NCBI GenBank assembly: GCA_965224025.1
Contig: OZ245033.1
Span: 3,168,001-3,232,000, forward strand
DNA: 64,000 nt
Source: Candidatus Multivorans sp.
GTDB taxonomy: Bacteria > Acidobacteriota > Thermoanaerobaculia > Multivoradales > Multivoraceae
Direction of reading: 5' to 3'
This document shows, piece after piece, positions 49,523 through 62,500 of this stretch. Every line of letters starts with the position of its first letter. Position 1 is the stretch's first letter. Both the position numbers and the translations under genes were made by a program. The notes beneath the pieces are model-generated. The model was not told the origin of the DNA and searched no databases. It was given only the letters and a program-made list of their open reading frames with translations.

Positions 49523-51001
49523 GTGTCGACCCCCGCGAGGAGGGCGGATCCGGGCGCCGTGTCCGGAGTGCCGGGGCGCCCGGCCGCGGTCGGCCTGGTC
49601 AGCCTCGGCTGCGCCAAGAACCACGTCGACAGCGAGATCATGCTCGGCGTGCTGGACCGCCAGGGCTGCCGGCTGGTCGCGGACCTGGATGAGGCCGAGA
49701 CCGTGATCGTGAACACCTGCGGCTTCATCGACGAGGCCAGGGAGGAGTCGATCGACGCGATTCTTGACGCCGCGGCCCGCAAGTCCGACGGCGGCGCGCC
49801 CGTGCGGCGGGTTCTGGTCGCGGGCTGCATGGCCAACCGGTACGGCCAGGAACTTCAGGCCGAGATCCCCGAGATCGACGGCTTCATAGGTCTCGACTCC
49901 CTGCGCCAGGTGGGTTCCCTGGTGCGGCTCGGCGGCGCTCCGGCCGCGGCGCCCTCCGCGTCCCACCTGGTCTTCGATCACCGGGACAGCCGGATGCTCA
50001 CCACGAGCGGCTACGCCTACCTCAAGGTGGCGGAAGGGTGCAACAACCCCTGCACCTTCTGCGCCATTCCCGTGTGGCGGGGCCGGCTACGCAGCCGGGC
50101 GGTGGCCAGCCTGGTCGCGGAGGCGCGCGACCTTGTGGCGCGCGGGGCCCGTGAACTCGTGCTCGTGGCCCAAGACACGACCCGGTACGGGGAGGACCTG
50201 AACTACGGCCGGCACGGTCTGGCGCGTCTCGTGGAGGCGCTGCTCGCGGGTACGGACGCGGACTGGATCCGGTTTCTCTACGCCTATCCGACCACGCTCG
50301 ACGACGCTCTGCTCGAGTTGATGGCGGCCGAACCCCGGGTGGCGTCGTACCTCGACATGCCGCTCCAGCACAGCGACCGGCGCATGCTGCGCGCCATGCG
50401 CCGGGGCGGAACCGCGGACCGCTACCGGCGGATCTTCGAGCGGGCACGCGAACTCGATCCCGAAGTCAGCCTGCGCACGACCTTCATCGTCGGCTTTCCG
50501 GGGGAGGACGAAGCCGCCTTCGAAGACCTGCTCGATTTCGTGTCCGAGGTTCGCTTCGATCACCTCGGCGCGTTCGTCTACAGCCGCGAGAGCGACACGC
50601 CGTCGGCGGCGCTGCCGGGCCAGGTGCCGCGGCCGGTGGCCGAGGAGCGCAGGGAACGGTTGCTCGGCTTGCAGCGGGCAATCGCCCTGGAGCGCCGCCA
50701 ACGCCTGGTCGGCAGAACGCTCCCGATGCTGATCGAGGGGCCCTGTGAGGAGACGGAGCACCTGCTCTCTGCCCGGCACCAGGGCATGGCGCCGGAAGTG
50801 GACGGCCGGGTGCTGATCAACGACATCGTCGCCGACGACCTCGGGACCGACACGGACGCACCGTCACTGACCACTGTCGCCGCGGGCCGGATCGCGCGGG
50901 TCGAGGTGACGGATGCCTTCGCGGACGATCTCGTGGGCCGGATCGTTGGACTCGAGAAAGCGCCGGCCACTGCACCAGCCACCGTCGGGGCGAATCCCTG
51001 A
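49523..51001 (+). CDS. rimO: Ribosomal protein S12 methylthiotransferase
   Basis: SLGCAKNHVDSE, NTCGFI, CNNPCTFC and APEVDG. Confidence 0.95.
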   Translation: MSTPARRADPGAVSGVPGRPAAVGLVSLGCAKNHVDSEIMLGVLDRQGCRLVADLDEAETVIVNTCGFIDEAREESIDAILDAAARKSDGGAPVRRVLVAGCMANRYGQELQAEIPEIDGFIGLDSLRQVGSLVRLGGAPAAAPSASHLVFDHRDSRMLTTSGYAYLKVAEGCNNPCTFCAIPVWRGRLRSRAVASLVAEARDLVARGARELVLVAQDTTRYGEDLNYGRHGLARLVEALLAGTDADWIRFLYAYPTTLDDALLELMAAEPRVASYLDMPLQHSDRRMLRAMRRGGTADRYRRIFERARELDPEVSLRTTFIVGFPGEDEAAFEDLLDFVSEVRFDHLGAFVYSRESDTPSAALPGQVPRPVAEERRERLLGLQRAIALERRQRLVGRTLPMLIEGPCEETEHLLSARHQGMAPEVDGRVLINDIVADDLGTDTDAPSLTTVAAGRIARVEVTDAFADDLVGRIVGLEKAPATAPATVGANP

Positions 51002-51948
51002 TGCCGGCGATCCGGGACGCCATGAAGTCGACCGAGCTGCCGCGTGGCGTGATCGCCACGATCGGCAACTACGACGGCATCCACATCGGCCAGCAGAGCG
51101 TGCTCGACATGGTGACCGGCCGCGCCCGGGAGGTCGGCGTGCCGTCCGCGGTGATCACCTTCGATCCCCACCCTCTCAGCGTCGTCCGCCCGGAGGAGGC
51201 ACCGCCGCGGCTGGTGACCCAGGACCAGAAGGAGGCCCTGCTGGCGGCCGCGGGCGTCGACTATGTGCTCACGATCCGCTTCTCGCACGAGTTCTCCAAC
51301 ACCCGGGCGCGCACGTTCGTGCGCGACTTCCTGCACGGCCGGCTTGCGGTTGCCGAGCTCTACGTCGGCTCGAACTTCACCTTCGGCCGCCGGCGTGAGG
51401 GCGACATGGCGCTGCTCAAGGAGATGGGAGCGTCCCGCGGCTTCGCGGCCGTGGAGATCGACGAGGTGCGTTCGGGAGGCGAGCGGGTGTCCAGCAGCCG
51501 GATCCGCCGCTTCGTAACGGAAGGCAGGATCGCCGAGGCGAACGATCTGCTGGGGCGCCCCTACACGATGACGGGCGCCATCGCCCGCGGTGACCGGATG
51601 GGGCAGCGGCTCGGGTGGCCGACCATCAACCTGGCGCCCGAGAACGAGCTCTACCCGCACAACGGTGTCTACGTGACCAAGGTGTACTTTCCCAGCTTCG
51701 AGGCGACCTTCCGGTCGGTGACGAATATCGGCACCCGGCCGACGGTCTACGAGAACTACCGGCGGATCATCGAGAGCCATATCCTCGACTTCTCGAGCGA
51801 TGTCTACGGCGAGCGCGTGGACCTGTCCTTCTGCCGGCACCTGCGCGAGGAGAAGCTGTTCTCGTCGATGATGGACCTTTCCGCGCAGATCGGACGTGAC
51901 GCCGACGCGGCGCGGGAGTACTTTCGCCGTCTCGAGAGTTCCGGTTGA
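51001..51948 (+). CDS. ribF: Riboflavin kinase/FAD synthetase
   Basis: GNYDGIHIGQ, VSSSRIR, GWPTIN, NIGTRPT and ESHILDF. Confidence 0.95.
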   Translation: MPAIRDAMKSTELPRGVIATIGNYDGIHIGQQSVLDMVTGRAREVGVPSAVITFDPHPLSVVRPEEAPPRLVTQDQKEALLAAAGVDYVLTIRFSHEFSNTRARTFVRDFLHGRLAVAELYVGSNFTFGRRREGDMALLKEMGASRGFAAVEIDEVRSGGERVSSSRIRRFVTEGRIAEANDLLGRPYTMTGAIARGDRMGQRLGWPTINLAPENELYPHNGVYVTKVYFPSFEATFRSVTNIGTRPTVYENYRRIIESHILDFSSDVYGERVDLSFCRHLREEKLFSSMMDLSAQIGRDADAAREYFRRLESSG

Positions 51949-52088
51949 TGTCAGCATCAGGCACGAGCCCCGATCCGGAATCGACCAGCAGACCAACCCG
52001 GTTGGCGCGCTTGCGCGCGAACCGCGAACCAGTCGCGTCGCCCGTCCGCGGGCGCCGCGCTGACACCTGACACGAGGGACCCAACCCC

Positions 52089-52418
52089 ATGGCAAGCGAA
52101 CAGATTTTCAACGTGGACAGTCAGAGCTTCGAGGACCAGGTGCTGGGCGCGGACAGCCCGGTTCTGGTCGACTTCTGGGCCACCTGGTGCGGTCCGTGCC
52201 GCATGGTGGCGCCGGTTCTCGACGAGCTCGCGGATGAGTACGACGGCCGGGTGAGGATCGCCAAGCTGGACGTCGACCACGCCCAGGACGTTGCCGTGCG
52301 CTACGGAGTGCAGGGGATCCCCCACTTCATCCTGTTCAAGGACGGAGAGATCGCGGGGCGCATGACCGGAGCGGCCCCCAAGATGAGGTTCCAGGCCTTC
52401 CTGGACGACCACGTCTGA
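52089..52418 (+). CDS. trxA: Thioredoxin
   Basis: DFWATWCGPC. Confidence 0.95.
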   Translation: MASEQIFNVDSQSFEDQVLGADSPVLVDFWATWCGPCRMVAPVLDELADEYDGRVRIAKLDVDHAQDVAVRYGVQGIPHFILFKDGEIAGRMTGAAPKMRFQAFLDDHV

Positions 52419-52437
52419 GGGGCCGCGAGGCGCCGGG

Positions 52438-53664
52438 ATGACCTGGCCGCGCAGCGAACTCCTGGCCGAGCTGCTTGCCGGGGAGGAGGCCGAGGCTCTC
52501 CTGGTGCTCGCCGGTTCGAGCCGCGACCCGGACCTCGCTCCCTTCGTCGGCGGAGCGCGGTTGGGGAACGCCTGCGTGCTCGCCGACGGTTCCGGCGCCC
52601 GCCTCGTCTACTTCACGTCGATGGAGCGGGAGGAGGCGGCCCTGGCGGAGGCCGGCGGCGTCGAGCTGATCCACCCGGCGGATTTCGACATGGAGACCCT
52701 TCGCCGTGAAGGGAAGAACTCCGAGGAGATCCTCGTCGCGGCGCTCAACTCGGCCTTCGACAGGGCGGGGATCGGCGCCGGCCGGGTCGCCCTCGCCGGC
52801 CGACCCCCGGCGGGTTCGGCGGTGGCGGTGGCGGGCGCCCTGCGGGAGGTGAACCGGGCGCCGGTCTCGGGACGCGGGCTGATGCAGGCCCTGCGCCGGA
52901 CCAAGACCGGGAGCGAGATCGAGGGGATCGCCGCCGCCGCGCGCGCCACCGTGGAGGCCTTCGAGTCGGTGGCGCGGATGCTTGCCGGCAGTGCGACGCG
53001 GGAGCAGGGCGAACTCTGGCTGGGCGAGGAGCGCGTGACCGTGGCCCGGGTCAAGGCCCGGGCCGCCGCAGTCTTTGCCGGCCACGGCCTGGAACAGCCC
53101 GAGAGCTCGATTGTCGCTCCGGCAGAGGAGGGGGCGACCGGACACAGCACCGGGACGCCGGACCGGGTCCTGCGGTCCGGCGAGTCCCTGGTCGTCGATC
53201 TGTTCCCGAGGGGCCTCCTGTTCGCCGACTGCACCAGAACCTTTTTCGTTGGAGAGCCGCCGGAAGGCCTGACGCGGGCGCACGGCCTGGTGCTCGAGGC
53301 GCTCGAGACCAGTCTCGCGGCGGTCCGCCCCGGTGTGCGCGGCTGGACCCTGCACGAGCGGGTGTGCCGCAGGTTTGAAGGTGAGGGCTTCGCGGTGCCC
53401 GACAAGAACCCCGGGACGCAGACCGGCTACCTCCACCTGCTGGGACATGGTGTCGGTTACGAACTCCACGAACTGCCCAGCTTCCGGGAGACCGGACCGG
53501 GCACGGAGGAACTCGTAGCGGGCGACGTGGTGACGATCGAGCCCGGTCTCTACGACCCGGAAGCCGGCTGGGGCGTGCGGCTCGAGGATCTTGTGGTCAT
53601 AACGAAGGACGGGATGACGAACCTGACGCCGCTTCCGTACGCTCTCGATCCTCGCGCCTGGTAG
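52438..53664 (+). CDS. M24 Xaa-Pro peptidase
   Basis: ADCTRT, HLLGHGVG..HE, TIEPGLY and GVRLED. Confidence 0.9.
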   Translation: MTWPRSELLAELLAGEEAEALLVLAGSSRDPDLAPFVGGARLGNACVLADGSGARLVYFTSMEREEAALAEAGGVELIHPADFDMETLRREGKNSEEILVAALNSAFDRAGIGAGRVALAGRPPAGSAVAVAGALREVNRAPVSGRGLMQALRRTKTGSEIEGIAAAARATVEAFESVARMLAGSATREQGELWLGEERVTVARVKARAAAVFAGHGLEQPESSIVAPAEEGATGHSTGTPDRVLRSGESLVVDLFPRGLLFADCTRTFFVGEPPEGLTRAHGLVLEALETSLAAVRPGVRGWTLHERVCRRFEGEGFAVPDKNPGTQTGYLHLLGHGVGYELHELPSFRETGPGTEELVAGDVVTIEPGLYDPEAGWGVRLEDLVVITKDGMTNLTPLPYALDPRAW

Positions 53665-53727
53665 GTCTGAGGCGCGGAGCGGGGCGCCAGCGCGGCAGAA
53701 CTACCGGAGACCGGCGCTTCGCGCCGG

Positions 53728-53755
53728 ATGCCGGCGGGGGCGCCGGCGCACCCAG
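53728..53755 (-). repeat. Divergent REP-like palindrome, copy 4
   Basis: Minus strand CTGGGTGCGCCGGCG-CCCC-CGCCGGCAT; shares flank gcgccggatgc with copy 3. Confidence 0.55.
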
Positions 53756-53775
53756 TTTTCTGCCGCGCAGCCTCC

Positions 53776-55257
<1,482 letters not shown>

Positions 55258-55356
55258 GCCGAACGCTATCAACTGAGAAGCCGTGACGCAGCCAGTCTTG
55301 GTTTGCACCCGCCCGCCGGAAGCCGGTCATTGCCGTCCCACAAACTTTCAGAGTAG

Positions 55357-55528
55357 CGCGAGCTGAGTTTGCGTGTTGCTCGGGTCCCTTGTGCATCAAG
55401 GTCCTTCAGCCATCCCCGGTAGGGGCGTTCCAGGCGCCGCTCGCGCTCGGAGGAGCGTGAAGGGTTGGCGCGCACTCCCCAAGATGCACCGAGCACTACG
55501 CCGATCACGCGCGACCGAGCTGCCCGCG
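55357..55528 (-). ncRNA. Putative ~170-nt structured RNA (6S-like rod or guaB leader)
   Basis: Nested complementary segments cgcgggc/gcucgcg, gcgug/cacgc, ugcucgg/ccgagca, ccuuca/ugaagg; hairpins CCCC-UACC-GGGG and CCUUG-AUGCA-CAAGG. Confidence 0.4.
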
Positions 55529-55974
55529 ATACGCGATTTACGTCAACCTCCTTCCGTCGGCGAAGAGAATGCGTTGCCCACGTAATTCCCCGTCACTCGC
55601 GTAAAGGGAGCGGTGCGTCCCAAGAAATCTGATGTAGCCTGCTGTTCCGGCCTCAGGGCGAAGCTCCTCCGCGGCGCGCTTGAGTGCGCGGGCCGGCGCA
55701 ATTCCATGCGTCTCCGTCGCGCGTCCGATGCCGTGGCAGTGCATGGCGTGCATGGCGCGAGGCCCGCGGCGGCAGCCGCGCCCGCCGGGCCGGTCTCTCG
55801 CGTCACTCGACGACGCGGGCGTCGGCGCACCGGAAGTCGAGTGCGCTCGTTGCACTCGACCTGATTCCAAATCGGCCGACCACGGCACGCTGGTCGTCCG
55901 CACTCCGTGCTCCACGCAGTCCAAAAAGGGTAGGTTTCAGTTCATATATAGACTTCGGAGGTGTAGACGTGAGA

Positions 55975-56496
55975 ATGAAGAATGTGCTGTGCTGCATCGG
56001 TCTGCTCTCTTTTGTCGTCTGGCCCTTGTTTGGCCAGAAGGTAGCGGCAGAGAAGACAGCAGAGCCGGCAATCACATCGTACAGAGACGAAAACCGCACT
56101 ATCCAGATCACGCTCGTAACCGACATGGTTCTCGAGAAAGACCCGAAGGACCGGTGGTCTCTCGCAAGAACGGATGCAGACTCCCCCGGACGGGCGGTGG
56201 AAGCCGTAACTGCGGGTCGGCCGCCTGACGTCCCGGTCTTCAAGACCGATACGGGTCAGTTGCTAGCCCCCGTGGGCGGCATCATCCTGGTCCTTCATAG
56301 TTCGTGGACCAAGGGGACCTGCGAGAAATTCCTCGACATCCACGGCCTATTGGAGAGCGCCGAGCCGTTCGAGTGGCTTACTAATGCATACAAAGTCCAG
56401 GCGGACTCAGGAATGGCTTCTATCGAGCTAGCGAACCGTCTCGCGCCACTAGAAGGTGTAGTGATCTCTGCGTCCAACTTCTGGAGAGAGATTTAG
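55975..56496 (+). CDS. Secreted protein resembling a stand-alone S8 protease prodomain/external chaperone
   Basis: Signal peptide; PVFK..G.LLAPVGGIILVL...SIELANRLA..EGVVISASNFW; lies directly upstream of an S8 protease gene. Confidence 0.65.
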   Translation: MKNVLCCIGLLSFVVWPLFGQKVAAEKTAEPAITSYRDENRTIQITLVTDMVLEKDPKDRWSLARTDADSPGRAVEAVTAGRPPDVPVFKTDTGQLLAPVGGIILVLHSSWTKGTCEKFLDIHGLLESAEPFEWLTNAYKVQADSGMASIELANRLAPLEGVVISASNFWREI

Positions 56497-56534
56497 GCAG
56501 TAGATAACTTACGAAGTTTAAGGAGCGCTGAGGT

Positions 56535-59500
56535 ATGAGACAGAGTTCTTTAGTAGCGGTTGGCTTTGCGGCATTCAGCATTGTCTCCATCAATGCTTCT
56601 GGGTATTGCCAATTACAGGGCGTCGATTTTCCCCAAGACCAGTATGATCTGGCCCTCGACGAGAACACGGGGGGGGGGGTAAGTATCGCAGATGTCAAGT
56701 ATGAGGGTTCTTCTGGAGTTGGCGACGCTTGCTCGATATCAGGTTCAGATTCAGCGTCGTTTTCTGTCGAGCAGGGAGAGACCGGAGGCTCGTTCCTGAC
56801 GGCCCCGGAGAGGTATTGTCGAATCAAGACAGAGTCCGGTGTCACCTATGACCACGAGTCGAAAGCTGTCTATTCTATCATATTGGAGGTCTCGGCCGTG
56901 CTTACGTCCGATACAGCGGCGGTCACTATTTCCATAAATGATGTTGATGAGCCACCGTCCCCGCCCGATGCTCCGGGAGTTAGAGCATCATCCACTACAA
57001 GTCTGGACGTTCGACGGACGGCTCCCGACAATACGGGCAAACCCGATATCACATCGTATGATATTGAGTTGGGAAAAGATATCGATAGCCTTGTGGCAGG
57101 TCCTCAAGATGTAGCAGAAACATCAGTTACCATAAGCGGCCTGGAAGAGGACACTCGGTACTTTGTCAAGGTTCGCGCCACGAATGACGAGGGAGACGGT
57201 CCATACTCTTCGGCCGGAGAGGGGCTAACGGACTCCCGACTCAACAGTAGGCCCATATTTGATCAATTGAGCACTCGCTCGACGCCAATCGCATTTACCC
57301 TGGAAGAGGAGACGGCGGCTGGTGAGGATGTCGGCACCGCGCTAACGGTCACTGACGCCGATTCAGGAGACACTCTGACGTTTACGCTCGAAGGAAGTGA
57401 CTCAGGCCATTTCAGTATCGATTCATCCACAGATCGTGTTCAGATTCAGACTAGCGCCATATTCGACCATGACGAAGGCGGCTTTGACGATACCAAGTCG
57501 TTAGAGGTTCTTGTCAGCGACGGTACGGCGTCCGAGACGGCATATGTTGAAATTGCCATTACGGACAAGCAGGAGATTCCTCCGGTACCTACTGGTTTCA
57601 AAGTGAGCTCGATGGAGTCCGGATCAAGCTTGACTGCGTCCTGGGATTCGCCAGTTGCGGGCGATCATCCTCCCGTGTCAGAGCATCGACTGAGATGGAA
57701 GAAGGCTACAGACGCCGATTTTGCGTACGAGCTTGTCCCCGTCGCCAGGACATCTCATACAATCAGTGGCCTGGAGTTTGGCCTCACTTACAGTGTAGGG
57801 CTGGAACCACGTAACGAGGATTCCGGTATAGACGAGAGCAATTTTGCGATCGCGGTTGTGGATGCGATCGTGACGGATCCTCCTATCCCTCTATTTGCTG
57901 AAGATTGGTATTCCGTCAGTATGGATGAGGGCACGGAAACCAGCCCCGTTGCTGCCGGCACGATAGTCGGTAGTCCTATCGTTGCTAGGGACGGACGGGA
58001 AGCGGTTGTTCTCTCCTATTCGCTTGAGAACGATGGATATTAGGTGGACTCTGCCTCGTTTACCGTCGGGGCGATGAGTGGGCAGCTCAAGACCGTTGAC
58101 GGCGTGGCGTATGACTACGAGACCAAGAGCGAATACTCGTTCATCATGCGAGTATCTGACGGTGACGCCGCCACGGATGACGATACCGCGCCTGTTACTG
58201 CCGCTCTTGTCGATGTTGATGAGTCAGAATTAGAGAGGAACAGCGCTCCGGTCTTTCGGGAAGCCGACGATCCAGTGCGACGTAGCGTTGCAGAAAACAC
58301 TCCAGATGGAATGGCTGTTGGGCAATCTGGAACGGGAATTAACTGGTGGAGGGGTGTGCCGATAACTGCAACCGACGCAGATAATGATGCGGTGGAATAC
58401 TCCCTTAGTGGCGCTCATGAATCGTGGTTCGAGGTTGATCAGAATGGCCAGGTCCTGATCAAGGTACCGCTAACGGATGCCGAGGCGCCTGATGTCGCAT
58501 CAGTCATCATAGCCGCCACCGATGGACATGGCGGCAGTGCGTCGAAGAACGTGGAAATCACGGTTGAGGAGTATGTCAACGTGGGGACGATTAGTATAAG
58601 TGAAATAGATCCTCCTGATAGGTTCACGATTCACCACACGAACTATAGAGTTTCGCTATTGCCAGTCGATGCGGGTATTACTGAAATGGTAGTGTACTCG
58701 AGAGTTCTGGGAAATACCGGGTTCAGCCCCATCTACGGCGATACATGGCAATCAGCATGTTATGGTGACAAGCTGCGTGACGCATTCGGACGGGAGAACT
58801 GGGATTGCACAATTGCAGTGTTGCCCGGTGGCAACTATGATCTCTTACTCCGCGTAGTGAAGGATGGTGGGAACATCTGGCTTCCACCAGAAGTCGTGCG
58901 TGACGGTTCTAAGCCTGCGTTTGGCGATGATTCCTATACTTTGTCGCTTCCCGAGAATACAACGGAGGGTGTGAGTGTTGGCGAACCGTTCATGGCCACG
59001 CACGCTGATAGTCTCTCATACGCGCTGAGAGGGCCTGACGGGGATTCGTTCGCTATTGATCGGAATACCGGTCAGATCCTGACCACCGGAGAGATGTACG
59101 ATTTTGAGGCTAAAGCCATTTATTCCGTGACCGTAACGGCCTCCTCTATCGCGACGCGCGTAATGAGTACAGTCGATGTAACAATAAATCTCAGGGACGT
59201 CTCCGAGCCCCCTTTGGCTCCAGCAGCGCCTACGATCACATCTCCGACGACTTCGAGCCTTGCTGTTTCGTGGCAGCCTCCGCCCAACGTAGGGAGACCT
59301 CCCGTAACATCCTACAGGCTTCGGTACAGAGAGAAAGACGGGGTTTCCTATACCGCTCTCAGCATCGTGGACGTGACGACCGCGATAGACGACCTGGTAG
59401 AGGACACTGCGTATCTGGTTCAGGTCAAGGCGGTCAACGATGAAGGCGAAAGCGAGTGGTCGATACACGGGGAGGGAAAGACAGTCACCGGAGGAAACAG

Positions 59501-62500
59501 GCCTCCCGAGTTCGATCCCGTGAGCACGGAGCGGAATCCTCGCAGGTTCCGTATAGATGAGAATACGGCGGAAGGCGCGAATATTGGCGGCCCGGTATCC
59601 GCCACGGATTCTGACGGGGATTCACTGAGCTACACCCTGAGCGGCGCCGATTCTAACGACTTCGCTATTGACGTGGGCAACGGTCAGCTGAAGACCCTGA
59701 CCGTGTTTGATCATGAAGCTCTTGTTCTCAGATCACTCGGAGAGAGCAAATCACTTGTCGTAACCGCTGATGACGGCAAGGACAAGACGAGAGCCTATGT
59801 GGAGATTCTCGTTGTCGATGTAGAAGAGCCGCCACCGATACCCGCCGCTCCTGTTCTGAGTGCGCACTCGGAAGAAAGCATTGCTGTTTCATGGAGTCTG
59901 CCCGTTGCGGGCGAGCATCCACCAGTCACACATCATATTCTGTATTACTACAGAAAGAACCCGGGAATCGTGTTGCAAACTACCGATAAGATTGACGCCG
60001 ATGTTACTACCCATATCCTGAGTGGACTGGCGCCGGGTTCAAGGTACTGGGTATTTCTTCGATCTTACAATGAGGAAGGGCAGACCGAGTCGGAAATCGT
60101 CGACAGAATACCGTCAGCGTCCGCGGTTCCTATTTTCACGGACGACGCGTATAGCAGGTCAGTTGAGGAGAATGCATCGTCAGCCGTGGAAGTCGGAGCG
60201 GCTGTTTCCCTGAGTTATGGAGGATCCGGGTCTATAGAGTTCAGCCTCGAGGGTGGTGATGCATCTTCATTTACCGTTGCTGGAACCGGCAATGACGCTC
60301 AGAGACTGACCACGGGAGTGGGATACGATGCTGAGACCAAGAACCTCTTCTCCTTCAAGCTGAAGGCATCCGTGGTCGGGGAAGGCGAGGCCTTGGCGAG
60401 CGTGGTTGTCGACATCTCGGATGTTGAGGAGCCTCCATCCCCGCCCTCGGCTGTTCGGGTGGTCCGCGCGTCCACCGCATCGCACAGGTCTCTCGATGTC
60501 AGTTGGGTCGCTCCGGCGGATGCTGGCAAGCCTCCGGTCATGGGTTATGACGTTCAATTCAGGAAGGACGGCGCCGCCGACTACGTCGACGGACCTCAAG
60601 CCGTGCCGGGAACTGCGTCGCTGCTTCGCAATCTTGAATCGGCTACCACGTACGATGTTCAGGTAAGCGCGAATAATGATGAGGGCGATGGCGATTGGTC
60701 TGCGGCAGTCCAAGGTGAAACGGATGAGGCATCTCCCCAGTCCGCGCCTTCAGCGGTTCGCGTTACTGCTGAGTCACATAAATCTCTCGATGTTAGTTGG
60801 GTTGCTCCGGCGGATGCTGGCAAGCCTCCAGTCACGGGCTATGACGTGCAATTCAGGAAGGACGGCGCCGCGGGCTACGTTGACGGACCAAGAGCAGTAA
60901 CGGGAACTGCGTCGCTGCTTCACAATCTGGAATCGGATACTGCGTATGACGTTCAGGTGAGGGCAATTAATGACATAGGTCCTGGTGGCTGGTCCGTAGC
61001 GGTTCAAGGTGCTACAAATCCATCTCCCGTGTTCGGCTTGGCGGAAGCTCCTCGGGCAACCGCGCATCCCGGCGATCGGACCGTCACCGTAATGTGGGAG
61101 CCCTCTTCCGGCGCTGACGCCTCATCGGTGTATGATGTGGCCTATATCGGCGATGGTTCAAGTAGCTGGAACGTGTGGACTGGTCATGGATCCGGGATGG
61201 GCTCGATTTATGCTGTTTTGCCGAGGATCTTGGAGAACGGAAGGACGTATAGCGTCAAGGTGCGAGAGAAACGAGGTTCCGAGGCCAGCGACTGGTCGGA
61301 TGTCCTGGAAGTGACCCCTTTCGATATACCTGAACCATATCACTTTTACGATACACATGCCCTGAGGTTGGACGATTTGCCGGGAGTGGTGATCGGGGGC
61401 ACGATTGTCGGGACCGACCAGGATAGTTTCATGATTACTGTTCCGGACAATTCGAGAAGAAGGGTTTGCTATGTCACGGTGTGGGAATCTGCGCTCAGTT
61501 CGAGGTTTCATTTAGAAATAGAGGAGACCCCGGGAACCGCGGGGGAAAGAAGTCGGACCAGGTTTGGACCAGTGCACTCCGAGTTGATATCCTCCGAGGC
61601 GGACGGGAGAGTGAGGCTGTTGGCCGTTCCGGGCGATGAGGGAGAACCGAAGACTTACAGGATCACGGGTTCGTTGGAAGGGAGGACCGGGCGCGGATCG
61701 AAGGTCGCGTATGACGTTCTTTGCAGGGGTTTCCTCCCCAAGAAGACTAGAGAGGACGCTATTGGTCTAGGCGGGGACTATCCTGGTACCGTGCTTTGGC
61801 GAAATATGGACGACAAGCACTACCACAAGTTTAGAATTCAGGAATCCAGTCTAGTGACGATCAGGACTCGAGGTGTACTGGATAGCCTTGTGACGCTCTC
61901 TGACAGCAGTGGCAACGACCTCTTCAAGTCCGACGACGGGTACGAGCTGGGAAACGTCTTCGATGGCGTGATTCCGCCAATGATATTGCACTACGATCAG
62001 TCAGTCCCAGAGCCGGGCGTCTACTACATAGAAGTTGCGCTACCGTATGCCTATGATGTGGTTTCGCTGTTTGGCCAACTGATTCCGGTCCCGCCGCCAG
62101 CTTCGAAGAGGCTTCTAGAGCTGGATGTGATGATGATTTCCTCGGCTTCGCTGGGTGGGAGTGAGAGCAGAGACGATCCAGATATTGCTGAGATCGACGT
62201 GTCGAGCGGGTCGCTACTTCTGGGCAATGGGAGTAAATTCATAGGTGACGCCATTCCTAGGCAATACGGCAAGTTGGAGTCAAGAGCGGAGGTTGATTGG
62301 TGGAAGTTGGTCAGCGCGGGAACCACGTACACGCCTACTGGTCAAACCTTTCCTGGGATAGATGTCGTTATCAGGGGTACGGCAGTCAGGGGTTCGGATC
62401 TTGCTGTCGTAGTCCTGGATTCAGGCGATCCTGGATCTTTCGTTGACAGCGTGTCCGTGAGAACGGAGAGGTTTCCGAAAGCTGCGTACCAATTTGAGCA

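Noticed and set aside
55430-55490. yybP-ykoY (Mn2+) riboswitch suggested by GGGGAGU...GACC on the minus strand
   Set aside because: Lacks the GGGGAGUAGC/GCGAGACC core and the downstream gene is guaB; kept only as an unclassified structured RNA
55540-55960. Possible small ORFs or IS remnant between the RNA candidate and the low-GC genes
   Set aside because: No recognisable protein motif, terminal inverted repeats or target duplication
58041-58043. Pyrrolysine or genome-wide TAG recoding
   Set aside because: TAG is an ordinary stop for many genes here (e.g. at 788, 7797, 14048) and no pyl genes are in the window
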